A stretch of 61,588 nt of DNA, the filler included. It is 7 parts of 7 records of this genome, joined end to end, with 100 filler letters (N's around TTAATTAATTAA, not from the genome) between each part and the next. Parts side by side here need not be neighbours in the genome. Positions count along the whole stretch, not along the records: positions 1 to 6,345 come from SRR31156797_13213; positions 6,446 to 28,576 come from SRR31156797_13215; 5 more parts are not named here. One strand, given 5' to 3'. Position 1 is the first letter of the stretch. Each line of letters begins with the position of its first letter. Below are positions 1 to 9,191 of this stretch, one piece after another. A model generated the notes under the pieces. It was not told the origin of the DNA. It did not search any database and worked only from the letters and a program-made list of their open reading frames with translations. A program made the translations under genes and the position numbers.

Positions 1-1202
1 ATGGACCCAAAAAATACTCCTTCGCGCCGCCGGCCTGTTATCGATTCATCTTCATCCACCACGTCGGCCATCATTGAGCTTCCGGTTATTCCTGCGATTA
101 CGCCAAAAAACACCCCGAAAAAGAGGAGCGCGGACAAAACGGCGAACAGCAGGCTGTCTCCATTTGGCGGCGCCATACCAATTTCCCTTAAGCCGGGTCC
201 GGCCATGGTAATAAAGATATTAATCCACATGCAGGCCAGCAGAGTCGGCTTTTTGTCAAATACCTGGTGGCTTTTTTTCACCAAGGCAAGCCCCAGTCCT
301 CCTCCCAGAGCCCCAATACATCCATACAATAGAATATCATGCGAGGTCAGTTCCCAGTAGTAAGTCGTTATATGAAGCATGAGCGAGGCGCTGCAGCCGA
401 GATTGATCAACAAAAACAATACGCCGAGAAAGAGCATCCTGAAATTAGGCAGGCGAATGGTATCTCTAATATCGTTCGATAACCTGGACAGCTTCCCTCG
501 GGATGAAGGCGAGGCTTTCGGCAGGGAGGGAATCAGGTAATGTGTTTTGATACCGCACCATAATATGTAAAATACAATCAGGGCTGCACAGAACAGGGCG
601 AAAGGAGGGTACGCGGATTTATTTAGTTGACCATTAACAAATCCCGGAGTCGATCTGAAAAACCAACCCAGCCCCAGGGTCATTACAGCGGCGGCGCCGG
701 TGAAAGCGCCTATGGCGCGAAACGCAACGACCGAAGTTCTTTCATCGTATTTACTGGTCAATTCAGCTCCCAGTGACAAATAGGGTACGTGGAAGACCGT
801 CAGGGCCGTCCGGACGGTTATCGACATTACCAGCAGCCAGTAAAACAGTCCGGTCGATGTTAAACCTCCTGGCGGGGCGAATAAAAAATAAAAGCCGATC
901 GCCAGAGGTATGGCGGAGAGATAAATAAAGGGGTGTCTTCGCCCCCAACGGGATTTGAAGGAGTCGGATAGAATTCCCATTAAAGGATCGTTTATGGCAT
1001 CAAGTATCAGGGCGATTCCCACGGCCAGGCCGACAAGCGTCCCGGAAAGGCCGAGCACTTGGGTGTAATAGAAGAAAAGGAAGAATTCAAATCCACGTCC
1101 GCAGACTGCTTCAGCAGCTTTACCCAGTCCATAGTTATATTTCAAGGCAAGCGATAAACGGCCTCCGGAATGCACCGGTGTTTTTTCTCTTAACATTTGC
1201 AT
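1..1202 (-). CDS. GPH-family (MFS_2, Na+/melibiose symporter-like) transporter, 3' end runs off the window
   Basis: Not in the ORF track because no stop is present. Hand translation gives MQMLREKTPVHSGGRLSLALKYNYGLGKAAE...FLFFYYTQVLGLSG...DAINDPLMGILSDSFKSRWGRRHPF...PYLSLGAELTSKYDERT, which carries the classic GPH motifs. Start is at 1202 or 1196. Confidence 0.85.
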   Translation of the reverse strand, partial: MQMLREKTPVHSGGRLSLALKYNYGLGKAAEAVCGRGFEFFLFFYYTQVLGLSGTLVGLAVGIALILDAINDPLMGILSDSFKSRWGRRHPFIYLSAIPLAIGFYFLFAPPGGLTSTGLFYWLLVMSITVRTALTVFHVPYLSLGAELTSKYDERTSVVAFRAIGAFTGAAAVMTLGLGWFFRSTPGFVNGQLNKSAYPPFALFCAALIVFYILWCGIKTHYLIPSLPKASPSSRGKLSRLSNDIRDTIRLPNFRMLFLGVLFLLINLGCSASLMLHITTYYWELTSHDILLYGCIGALGGGLGLALVKKSHQVFDKKPTLLACMWINIFITMAGPGLREIGMAPPNGDSLLFAVLSALLFFGVFFGVIAGITGSSMMADVVDEDESITGRRREGVFFGS

Positions 1203-1220
1203 TATATTGTCGTCGGCTGA

Positions 1221-2606
1221 TTACAGGTCTTCCGAAGCGGCCAGGGCCAAGGCGTCATTGCACCCATCCTCGATTATCGAAGTTCTTGCGTCTCTGTAGA
1301 ATTTTTCGATCTGCATTTCAGCCGACCTGCTCTTCAGGCCAAGAATCCTCATCCCCTTGGCCGCTGCCTGGAAAGCTGTATTCGTGGCAACAATTTTGGC
1401 CGCAATCCCGTATTTACCCTTCCCCATTGCAGCTTGCGCGCCGGGCGTACGGAAGTATCTCCTTACCGCTCTTTCAAAGGCTTTTCTCTCCAGCAGACGA
1501 CTGAATATATCCAGGTTTATTTTTAATAGCCTTGCCGTAACGGCGTACGGTGTTTTCGAGGCAAGAATACGGGAAAGCGGTCGGTTTTCAGGGGCTTTTT
1601 TGGCTATCGCGGATTCATACCGTTGGGCGGCGTTTCTGGCCAGGGCAGCCGCGGCTTCCACCTGGGCGAACATCTGAAAAAGAGCGTTTCGGTGATATAT
1701 TAAATTCCCAGCCAATCGGCCGGCTTCTTCTTTCGCCTGTAGTATGTCTATAACATGGTCAAATATGGCCCGACCCAGCCCGGACATGATCAAGGCTGTC
1801 TCGGTGTTGGCCCTGGCCAGCATAATTCTTGAAAACCCGCCCATAGCTGATAGACCGGATGAGGCGAAAATCATGTGGCTTTTGGGAAGCCTTACATCGT
1901 CGAAAAACAGTTCTCCCTGGTTTAAAGCCCGTTGACCTATTTTGTTGAGCGGCTTTCCCCTGGATATGCCCGGAAGGTCGAGCGGACAGAACGCCAGCCC
2001 CTGGCCTTGCATTCCTTTTGATGAATCCAGACCGACGTGAAGAACGGCATGTGTGGCGATCGTTCCATTGCTCACCCAGGCTGACTTCTGGCCATTAAGT
2101 ATATATTCATCGCCTTTTTTTATTCCGGTCAGGGTTGGAGCAATTCCGGGATCGGCCCCGGCTTCGGTCGTTCCCAAGACCCAGTCGGACCCGTGATTGG
2201 GCTCGGTAATGGCCCAACACCCGATCAGTTCGCCGGCAGTATCTTCAGCATAAGCTCCGGCCCATTGCCTGACTTTTGGATCTGTGGACAGCACGGTCAG
2301 GGCGAAAGGCATGCCGGATACCGACAGGCTTATTCCAAGTCCTGCATCGCCGTAACCAAGCTCTTCGGATGCCAGGGCGGAGCAGCGGGGGGATACTTTT
2401 CCAAAGTCGCCGCCATAGGCCGGTGGAATGACCAATCGGTGTAAACCCGTTTGGCGATGCTTTTTGATCACAGCCCACAACTCTGATTTCGGAGCAATTA
2501 CTTCTCCCGGATCGCGCAAGCGGTCCAGAGCGACTCCGGCCGGCCTCAGAACTTCTACGGCAAACCTCCGGGCTGCTTGCTGAATTTTGACTTCCTCTTT
2601 AGTCAT
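1221..2606 (-). CDS. Acyl-CoA dehydrogenase family protein (subunit retaining flavin-ring motifs)
   Basis: Motifs CWAITEPNHGSD, LNGQKSAWVSNG, KIGQRALNQGEL and EKFYRDARTSIIEDG. Confidence 0.9.
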   Translation of the reverse strand: MTKEEVKIQQAARRFAVEVLRPAGVALDRLRDPGEVIAPKSELWAVIKKHRQTGLHRLVIPPAYGGDFGKVSPRCSALASEELGYGDAGLGISLSVSGMPFALTVLSTDPKVRQWAGAYAEDTAGELIGCWAITEPNHGSDWVLGTTEAGADPGIAPTLTGIKKGDEYILNGQKSAWVSNGTIATHAVLHVGLDSSKGMQGQGLAFCPLDLPGISRGKPLNKIGQRALNQGELFFDDVRLPKSHMIFASSGLSAMGGFSRIMLARANTETALIMSGLGRAIFDHVIDILQAKEEAGRLAGNLIYHRNALFQMFAQVEAAAALARNAAQRYESAIAKKAPENRPLSRILASKTPYAVTARLLKINLDIFSRLLERKAFERAVRRYFRTPGAQAAMGKGKYGIAAKIVATNTAFQAAAKGMRILGLKSRSAEMQIEKFYRDARTSIIEDGCNDALALAASEDL

Positions 2607-2639
2607 TTGCGGTTCACTTGAAAATAAAGGAATTCACCT

Positions 2640-3404
2640 TTAGCGATATCTCAATGTATGGGTAAAAACATACCAGCGAGGACCGGCCAGGCCGGCGGGA
2701 ATCAAAAAGCTTCCCTTTAATATGTCCAATACGACCATTCGGCCGTTTTGCGGGTCCCCTTCAATTAATCCGGCTATCGGGTCATATTCCGAACTGGTCA
2801 GGTTAAGTTTGACCTCGGCCTCAAAAGACTCATGAATTCTCTCCCTGGGCCGGAACATCCAGATTAGATTGATGAGTTGTAACTGTCCCGGGCCGGTGAC
2901 GTTAAAGGTCTTTTTACTAAAAACAGGCTCCGGCTTCGGTTGTTTGTCTTTTAACGTCGCTTCGATTGTCATTAATTCGACGCCTCTTCTTTTTACGGAA
3001 GCCTTAACGCCGCCGGCTTCCTCGATAAAGGAAATCTCTCCCATCTTTTTGGGATATCCCAGTAATTCCCGGCCATACACCAAGGCGGTGTCATCATCCA
3101 CAATCATCCAGGGGCAGTGCAATCCGGTTCCCAATAGCGTTCGGACATGAATCAGCAAAGCCGCTTCCTTATAGGGAACAGTAAACGCGGTTTTTTTATA
3201 GTCGACAATAAAAACAGTTCCCAGAGGCTGCTTGGTAAGTTTCATTCCAAAGGGCAGTAGCGGCTCGACGGCCTTTCGATTCAGGGGTACGTCAGCCAGT
3301 ATGAAGCGGGCGTCTTCCCATAAAGCGTCGCTTTTTTGAAGCGGGGTTCTCAAATTGTGGAGCGCCTCCCTGAATGTCGGGGTCTTTTCTATATTTGTTT
3401 TCAT
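2640..3404 (-). CDS. Acetoacetate decarboxylase (ADC)-like family protein
   Basis: PYKEAALL and GRELLGYPKK (Schiff-base Lys motif) are typical of the ADC-like superfamily. Confidence 0.85.
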   Translation of the reverse strand: MKTNIEKTPTFREALHNLRTPLQKSDALWEDARFILADVPLNRKAVEPLLPFGMKLTKQPLGTVFIVDYKKTAFTVPYKEAALLIHVRTLLGTGLHCPWMIVDDDTALVYGRELLGYPKKMGEISFIEEAGGVKASVKRRGVELMTIEATLKDKQPKPEPVFSKKTFNVTGPGQLQLINLIWMFRPRERIHESFEAEVKLNLTSSEYDPIAGLIEGDPQNGRMVVLDILKGSFLIPAGLAGPRWYVFTHTLRYR

Positions 3405-3438
3405 AATCTGCCTGCTTTGTCAGGTGTAATAGTTTCGG

Positions 3439-4611
3439 TTAAAATGAGCTGGCCCCGAAAATGCTGAGCCGGTCAACTTCTCCTTCCAACAGCATGGCCG
3501 CTTCTGCGTCCCGGAGGAGTTTTTCAATGATGTACTCCCTGGCCAATCCATTGGCGCCGAATATTGTGACCGCGTGATGGGCGGCTTCAAAGGCGGCCTG
3601 GGCAGAAAACACCTTGGCGGCAATTGCGTGGTTCGACGCCGCCCGCGCGTTCGCCGACCGAATCTGAGCGGTCTGCCTGAAAAGGGATCGGGCCGCCTCC
3701 AGTTTTGCAAAGGCTGAAAACAGTTTCAGCTTGATGTTCTTGTGTTCAAAAATGGGAATTCCACCTTGAACGCGTTGTTTTGAGTAATTCAAAGCTTCTT
3801 CGTAAGCGGCCCTGCCTAACCCGACGTTTATTCCTGAAAGGCATAACCTTAACCCGGACAGCAATTCCTCTGAATGGTCAGGAAGTATAAAAGTTGAAGG
3901 AATAAGAACGTTCTCAAATTGCAGGCTTCCCTCGTTCAGGGAGCGCTGTCCCAGCTTTTCCGATGATGGCAGCCTGTGAACGCCGGGCAGATTCAGGGGA
4001 ACAATAGCCAATCCGGGTTTTTTCTTGTTATCTACGCCTGTAATTTCGACCTTTACAGCTGCATGAGTTGCAATGCCGGCGTTGATAACCCAGCGGCGTT
4101 CTCCGGAATTGATGAGATACCCTGCATCTTCTAGGAAAGCCGTTGCGGGAGCATGAAAAGCATCGGCGCCTGTCCCTTCGTCAACAGAATCAAGAAGATG
4201 GCAGCCGATAAATTCCATTTTCATATCATTTGCATATTGCATCGCCAATTGCTGCAAAACCGGCTCCCGAGATTTTGACGCCAGAATATAGGGTGTATCT
4301 GAAACCGCCAGCCCGACTGCCAGTCCGGCGTCTCCATATCCCAATTCCTCAGCCAATATCGGCGCCACATCAGCTTCCAGACTTTCAGAAAGCCCCCCCA
4401 ATTCGGCCCCGATACCCAAAAGATGCAGGCCCAAGCCGCGATATTTTCGGCCGACTTCCCAGAAAACCGAATACGCTCCAAATATTGATACGCTGGAGCT
4501 TTGATTATCCAACTCCACGCCGGCCGGCCGCATGAACTTATTGCTGAAAGCTTCCACCTGGGCTTTCATGGACATGGCTTCACTGCCTAAAAACTTGTTT
4601 ATTAAACCCAT
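3439..4611 (-). CDS. Acyl-CoA dehydrogenase family protein (divergent subunit)
   Basis: EELGYGDAG, RVQGGIPIFEH, IFGANGL and EKLLRDA are present; TEPxxGSD is degenerate. Confidence 0.85.
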   Translation of the reverse strand: MGLINKFLGSEAMSMKAQVEAFSNKFMRPAGVELDNQSSSVSIFGAYSVFWEVGRKYRGLGLHLLGIGAELGGLSESLEADVAPILAEELGYGDAGLAVGLAVSDTPYILASKSREPVLQQLAMQYANDMKMEFIGCHLLDSVDEGTGADAFHAPATAFLEDAGYLINSGERRWVINAGIATHAAVKVEITGVDNKKKPGLAIVPLNLPGVHRLPSSEKLGQRSLNEGSLQFENVLIPSTFILPDHSEELLSGLRLCLSGINVGLGRAAYEEALNYSKQRVQGGIPIFEHKNIKLKLFSAFAKLEAARSLFRQTAQIRSANARAASNHAIAAKVFSAQAAFEAAHHAVTIFGANGLAREYIIEKLLRDAEAAMLLEGEVDRLSIFGASSF

Positions 4612-4615
4612 CTGG

Positions 4616-5065
4616 TTATTTCCCTTTTTTTTCAGCTATTGCTTTTTCAATCAGGACTATTATTTCATTTTTCTCTTCCAGGTATAATTCAAATTGTTCC
4701 TGGCTTAACACCGCTTCAAGCTCATCCTCTTTTCTCGATAAGATTTTCCTAAGTTTCCGCGCCTTGATAAACTTCAGGGAGTCCGACTTCAGAACCGGCA
4801 GGCTTAACCGGGCGTACTTGAGATTAATCTCTGCAACAACCGGTAACTGATTATCATCCAGACTTAACAGGTTATCCATGCCCTTGGTTAGTAATTCAGC
4901 AATCTGCTCTGGACTTCCTGATTCATGATTTATGGTCTCATCCTGGGCTTTAACAATTCCCGGGAACAGGACTCCAATGATGACGAAAAAGACGATTGCG
5001 AGTCGCAATGTAGATAAAAAATTACAGGTTTTGATTGCGATCATTGTAAAAACTATCCTTCCCAA
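4616..5065 (-). CDS. Exported helical hypothetical protein
   Basis: Hydrophobic N-terminus ending VKA-Q (signal-peptide-like), followed by charged helices (LSLDDNQ...VLSQEQFELY); start uncertain. Confidence 0.6.
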   Translation of the reverse strand: MGRIVFTMIAIKTCNFLSTLRLAIVFFVIIGVLFPGIVKAQDETINHESGSPEQIAELLTKGMDNLLSLDDNQLPVVAEINLKYARLSLPVLKSDSLKFIKARKLRKILSRKEDELEAVLSQEQFELYLEEKNEIIVLIEKAIAEKKGK

Positions 5066-5227
5066 TACAAAAATTAAAAATATTGTACACAGGTGAAATT
5101 GATAAAAGTCGGGCCGTCTATTACACTTTGCCTTTGGGTGACTTTCTGATATGCCGAAGCATGATTCTTTCCACCAATCCTGGAATAAAACGTTGCAAGC
5201 GCCATAAAAACTTTGCTCCGCGTGTAA

Positions 5228-5311
5228 TTACAATAATTCTCCGATTCCGGAACCGGCTCCGGCAACTATGGCAACTTTGTCCTTAAACTTCTTCATTTGC
5301 TTTTTGGTCAT
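5228..5311 (-). pseudogene. Short-chain dehydrogenase (SDR) N-terminal remnant
   Basis: Hand translation MTKKQMKKFKDKVAIVAGAGSGIGELL* matches an SDR Rossmann start (GxxxGIG), then hits a premature stop. RGAK and VFMA fragments follow in shifted frames. Confidence 0.65.
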
Positions 5312-5371
5312 GATACATCAACTGCGCCAATGTCGCTCTTTCTTAAAATCTTCAAGTTCATATGGTAGATA

Positions 5372-5427
5372 TATAACAAAGTTATATAACATTGTTATAA
5401 AATATAGCCTGCCCCGGCGACTGTCAA
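5372..5427 (-). promoter_or_regulatory. Leftward sigma70-like promoter with tandem palindromic operator
   Basis: Minus strand TTGACA(5427-5422)-17 nt-TATTTT; overlapping palindromes TATAAC-N3-GTTATA at 5372-5386 and 5385-5399. Confidence 0.55.
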
Positions 5428-5682
5428 TTAGTTTTACATTCTATTAACAATAATCCGGCGATATATTCGCCGTAACATGGGCGCCGCTTTGGCCGGCCAA
5501 TTATGTTATGGGCCGGTTAATTTAATTATTCGATATCCATGTTTCGTAAAAAAACTGAAAACTGCGGCAAGTAAATTTCCTCATGTGTATCTTGGGATCA
5601 AGCCGTGCTGAATATAAAAAATACAATGAAAACAATACATAGCGAGTGTCGTTGTAAATTATATTTTATTATGCAACGTTTC

Positions 5683-5711
5683 TTGACAAATATTGTAAAA
5701 TAAAATATTGT
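5683..5711 (+). promoter_or_regulatory. sigma70-like promoter of padR
   Basis: TTGACA-17 nt-TATTGT upstream of RBS GGAGG (5733-5737). Confidence 0.45.
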
Positions 5712-5757
5712 CTTTTCAAGTATCGCCTCGACGGAGGTTATTTGGGACGTCAAACTC

Positions 5758-6267
5758 ATGGTTCCGGGTTTTCTGCTTTCCGGACCAAAGACCGGTTACA
5801 GGCTCAACGCCATCGCCGGAAAACTGCTGCTCTTTTACAACGTCGGCCTCAACCAGATCTATCCCAACCTCCGTAAGCTCGAGGATGCCGGGCATATCGA
5901 AAAAGAAGTCGTGTTTCAGTCCGGGAAGCCGAATAAGCACATGTATTCGCCCACGGACCAGGGAAGGCAATATTTCAAGGAGAAGATGCCGGCGCCTCCG
6001 GAACAGACGGATATCAACTTTCCTTTTCTCCTTCGCAGCATCTTCTTCCGTTTTATTGAACCCGGAGACATCGAAAAGATTTTTGAAGACGAGATTCAGA
6101 GCCTTGAAGAACAGTTGGGCGCCCTGGAATCTTCCAGGCCCTCGGTTGTCGCCGAGGTCGACGAGAACGGATGCTTTATTTACATAACCGCTCTTTCTGT
6201 ATTGAACGGGCTCAAGGAAGCCTATACCGGGGAGCTCCAGCGGCGGAGAGCCTCGAAAGAATCGTGA
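5758..6267 (+). CDS. PadR family transcriptional regulator
   Basis: GPKTGYRL, QIYPNLRKLEDAGHI, GKPNKHMYSPTDQGR form a PadR winged helix with a C-terminal helical domain. Confidence 0.88.
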   Translation: MVPGFLLSGPKTGYRLNAIAGKLLLFYNVGLNQIYPNLRKLEDAGHIEKEVVFQSGKPNKHMYSPTDQGRQYFKEKMPAPPEQTDINFPFLLRSIFFRFIEPGDIEKIFEDEIQSLEEQLGALESSRPSVVAEVDENGCFIYITALSVLNGLKEAYTGELQRRRASKES

Positions 6268-6279
6268 AAGGAGATAATA

Positions 6280-6345
6280 ATGGCCATTATCACGAGTGAA
6301 GAGTTTCGCGAGAGCTTAAGGAAATTCAAGCCCAGCGTGTACATG
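6280..6345 (+). CDS. N-terminus of a 4-hydroxybutyryl-CoA dehydratase / HpaB-family protein (truncated by contig end)
   Basis: AAGGAG RBS then MAIITSEEFRESLRKFKPSVYM, resembling the family N-terminus (T.EEY.ESLR.LKP.VY); only 22 codons available. Confidence 0.55.
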
Positions 6346-6445
6346 NNNNNNNNNNNNNNNNNNNNNNNNNNNNNNNNNNNNNNNNNNNNTTAATTAATTA
6401 ANNNNNNNNNNNNNNNNNNNNNNNNNNNNNNNNNNNNNNNNNNNN
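6346..6445. other. Artificial contig spacer
   Basis: 44 N + TTAATTAATTAA (stops in all six frames) + 44 N. Confidence 0.99.
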
Positions 6446-6474
6446 CCGCTGCATGGCCACTCTGCCAAGGCGCC
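6446..6474 (-). tRNA. tRNA-Cys, 5' fragment (truncated at contig end)
   Basis: Reverse complement GGCGCCTTGGCAGAGTGGCCATGCAGCGG is a tRNA-Cys acceptor/D arm; position downstream of pgsA matches the gammaproteobacterial tRNA cluster; anticodon not visible. Confidence 0.8.
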
Positions 6475-6525
6475 TCTGACATCAAGTGGTTCGCTTTGTA
6501 GCGTTCCTCTTGAGTACGGGAATGC

Positions 6526-6553
6526 ATTCTACGGATTCGATGAGATGAGTCAA
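6526..6553 (-). promoter_or_regulatory. Stable-RNA promoter for the tRNA operon
   Basis: Minus strand TTGACT-16 nt-TAGAAT followed by GCATTCCC. Confidence 0.7.
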
Positions 6554-6721
6554 CACAATTTTTTTGATTTTAAATCGTTTGTCTATTTTGCGTTCAAAAA
6601 CCACTTATTTGCTCATTTTATTAGCAAAAAATCCCTTATTTTCCTTGAGATAACTGCACTGGAGAAAGATGAATAGTAAGTTTGAACCAAGTGATAACAC
6701 GAAACAGTAAAAGCCAAAGGT

Positions 6722-6743
6722 AAAAAAACGGGCTTACGCCCGT
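6722..6743 (-). terminator. Intrinsic terminator after pgsA
   Basis: ACGGGC/GCCCGT stem followed by a T run on the minus strand. Confidence 0.7.
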
Positions 6744-6753
6744 CTCTTTTCAA

Positions 6754-7311
6754 CTATTGATGTTCTTCACTGAGAAGATCGTCTTTAGCTGCCAATAAAT
6801 ATTGGGCCATCGACCAATAGGTTAATATTGTAGCGATGTATAGAGCCGCATATCCAAGCCAAACCATCCAGTCATCATAACGCCAAATCAGCACCCACAA
6901 AGCAAACATTTGGCTTAGCGTTTTGACTTTACCTATCCATGACACCGCAACACTCGCTCGTTTGCCTATCTCAGCCATCCACTCTCGAAGTGCTGAAATG
7001 ATGATTTCTCGGGCGATCATAGTCACCGCCGGAATGGTAATCCAAATATTGTGGTAGTACTCAGTAATCAAGATCAACGCAGCAGCGACTAATACTTTGT
7101 CTGCAACAGGATCAATAAACGCACCAAAACGAGAAGTTTGTCCTAACTTGCGCGCTAACATTCCATCGAGCCAATCGGTAAAACCGGCTACCCAAAAAAC
7201 CATGGCGGCAGCGAAAGGTGCCCACTGGTATGGAAGATAAAATACGACAACAAAGACTGGAATCAGGAAAAGTCGTAATAAAGACAAAGTGTTGGGAATA
7301 TTAAAACGCAT
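6754..7311 (-). CDS. pgsA: CDP-diacylglycerol--glycerol-3-phosphate 3-phosphatidyltransferase
   Basis: [16 protein letters not shown]...[11 protein letters not shown] motif; downstream of uvrC. Confidence 0.97.
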   Translation of the reverse strand: MRFNIPNTLSLLRLFLIPVFVVVFYLPYQWAPFAAAMVFWVAGFTDWLDGMLARKLGQTSRFGAFIDPVADKVLVAAALILITEYYHNIWITIPAVTMIAREIIISALREWMAEIGKRASVAVSWIGKVKTLSQMFALWVLIWRYDDWMVWLGYAALYIATILTYWSMAQYLLAAKDDLLSEEHQ

Positions 7312-7358
7312 ATTTTTAGGGCTCTTATTAACTGCCGCTTAATGTTGAGGCATTTTTA

Positions 7359-9191
7359 CTATTGTTTCAATGCCTGATAAATGTTTTCTGCTAAAGAATT
7401 GCTAATGCCTGGCACTTTCGCGATTTCTTCGACTGTCGCTCGCTTTAATTCTTGCAATCCTCCCATATATTTGAGAAGTGCTTGGCGGCGTTTGGGCCCG
7501 ACCCCTTCAATCCCCTCTAATGGACTTGTACGACGGGTTTTGCCCCGTTTGGCACGATGCCCTGCAATCGCATGATTATGGCTTTCATCACGAATATGCT
7601 GAATCAAATGCAATGCAGGCGCGTCACTTGGTAAATTAAACTCTTCGCCATCAATAGTTATTAACGTTTCTAAACCCGGCTTACGGGTCACCCCTTTCGC
7701 AATACCGAGCAACCTTGGACGTTTGGGCCAGTCTTCCCAGCACTTTGCGATCACCTCATAAGCGCGATTCAACTGACCTTTACCACCATCGATAAAAATA
7801 ATATCGGGAATTTTGTCGACTTCCAGTTGCTTTGAGTATCGGCGTTCCAGAACCTGTCCCATCGCGGCGTAGTCATCACCGCCGGTAATACCCGTGATGT
7901 TGTAACGACGATATTCTTGTTTTACCGGACCTTCCTGATTAAACACAACACACGAAGCGATGGTGCTCTCCCCCATGGTATGAGAGATATCAAAACACTC
8001 CATCCGAGCGATATTGTCCATATCCAGCTCTTCTTGCAGTGCTTTAAAGCGCTGATTGATCGTCATCTTATGATTAATTTTCGTCGTGATCGCCGTCAGA
8101 GCATTGGTGTTAGAAAGTTTTAAGTAACGAGCACGAGTTCCGGTAGGATTCACGTGGAAAGTGATTTTTCTACCCGCGACTTGCTGTAAAGCGTCACGCA
8201 GCGGTGCAGAATCCTCCAGCAACCCTTCATTCAATATGATACGACTTGGGATGGTTCGTGCTTCATTGTGATTGAGATAATACTGGCTCAAGAAGCTATC
8301 AAACACTTCTTCCTGAGAGGTGTTGTTCGGGATTTTCGGGAAATGGCTGCGACTCCCTAGAATCTTACCTTGGCGAATCATTAAAATGTGGATACAAGCG
8401 ATGCCGTTTTCTTGAGCAAAACCCAGTACATCCATGTCATCCATGGTGTCTTCTGAAACAAACTGCTGCTCTTGCACGCGACGAATAGCTTGTATCTGGT
8501 CACGATATTTCGCAGCTTGTTCAAATCGCAGTTCGCGGCTGGCCGTTTCCATCTTATCGATCAAAATTTCCAGCACCTGCTTATCCTTCCCTTGCAGGAA
8601 GAATCGCACATACCCCACCAGCTCAGCGTACTCATCATCAGAGATAATCGTTTTGACACAAGGCCCCGCGCAGCGACCAATTTGGTACATCAAACAAGGA
8701 CGAGTTCGATTACTGTAGACCGTATCTTCACACTGCCTTACTGGGAAAATCTTTTGGATCAAATGCAGTGTTTCACGAACCGCACCCGCATCTGGATAAG
8801 GGCCGAAATATTCGCCCTTACGCTTCTTGGCACCACGATGCAAAGACAAACGCGGGTGCTTGTGTCCACTGATAAAAATATAAGGATAAGATTTATCATC
8901 ACGCAGTAATACGTTGTATTTCGGTAGGTACTGCTTGATGTAGTTATGTTCGAGGATTAACGCTTCCGTTTCGGTATGAGTCACCGTAACGTCAATTTTG
9001 GCAATATTGCTTACCAAAGCTCGCGTTTTTTCACTATCGATCTTTTTACGGAAGTAACTGGAGAGGCGCTTTTTAAGGTCTTTGGCTTTTCCGACGTAAA
9101 TAACATCAGCATCGGCGTTATACATACGATAAACGCCGGGCTGATCAGTTACAGTCTTTAAAAATGAGACCGAGTCGAACACTTCAGACAC
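7359..9191 (-). CDS. uvrC: Excinuclease ABC subunit C
   Basis: GIY-YIG PGVYRM..YVGKAK, FDISH, DGGKGQ, RDESH and C-terminal HhH. Confidence 0.98.
   Translation of the reverse strand: MSEVFDSVSFLKTVTDQPGVYRMYNADADVIYVGKAKDLKKRLSSYFRKKIDSEKTRALVSNIAKIDVTVTHTETEALILEHNYIKQYLPKYNVLLRDDKSYPYIFISGHKHPRLSLHRGAKKRKGEYFGPYPDAGAVRETLHLIQKIFPVRQCEDTVYSNRTRPCLMYQIGRCAGPCVKTIISDDEYAELVGYVRFFLQGKDKQVLEILIDKMETASRELRFEQAAKYRDQIQAIRRVQEQQFVSEDTMDDMDVLGFAQENGIACIHILMIRQGKILGSRSHFPKIPNNTSQEEVFDSFLSQYYLNHNEARTIPSRIILNEGLLEDSAPLRDALQQVAGRKITFHVNPTGTRARYLKLSNTNALTAITTKINHKMTINQRFKALQEELDMDNIARMECFDISHTMGESTIASCVVFNQEGPVKQEYRRYNITGITGGDDYAAMGQVLERRYSKQLEVDKIPDIIFIDGGKGQLNRAYEVIAKCWEDWPKRPRLLGIAKGVTRKPGLETLITIDGEEFNLPSDAPALHLIQHIRDESHNHAIAGHRAKRGKTRRTSPLEGIEGVGPKRRQALLKYMGGLQELKRATVEEIAKVPGISNSLAENIYQALKQ

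Noticed and set aside
1-360. 119-aa plus-strand ORF at the window start and the 763-948 ORF
   Set aside because: Shadow frames of the minus-strand GPH transporter
5074-5286. 63-aa and 67-aa ORFs upstream of the exported protein
   Set aside because: No recognisable motifs; the region is better explained as an SDR remnant
6390-6401. Recurrent TTAATTAATTAA motif (six copies) as a biological repeat or CRISPR
   Set aside because: Always embedded in 44+44 N; an artificial six-frame stop linker
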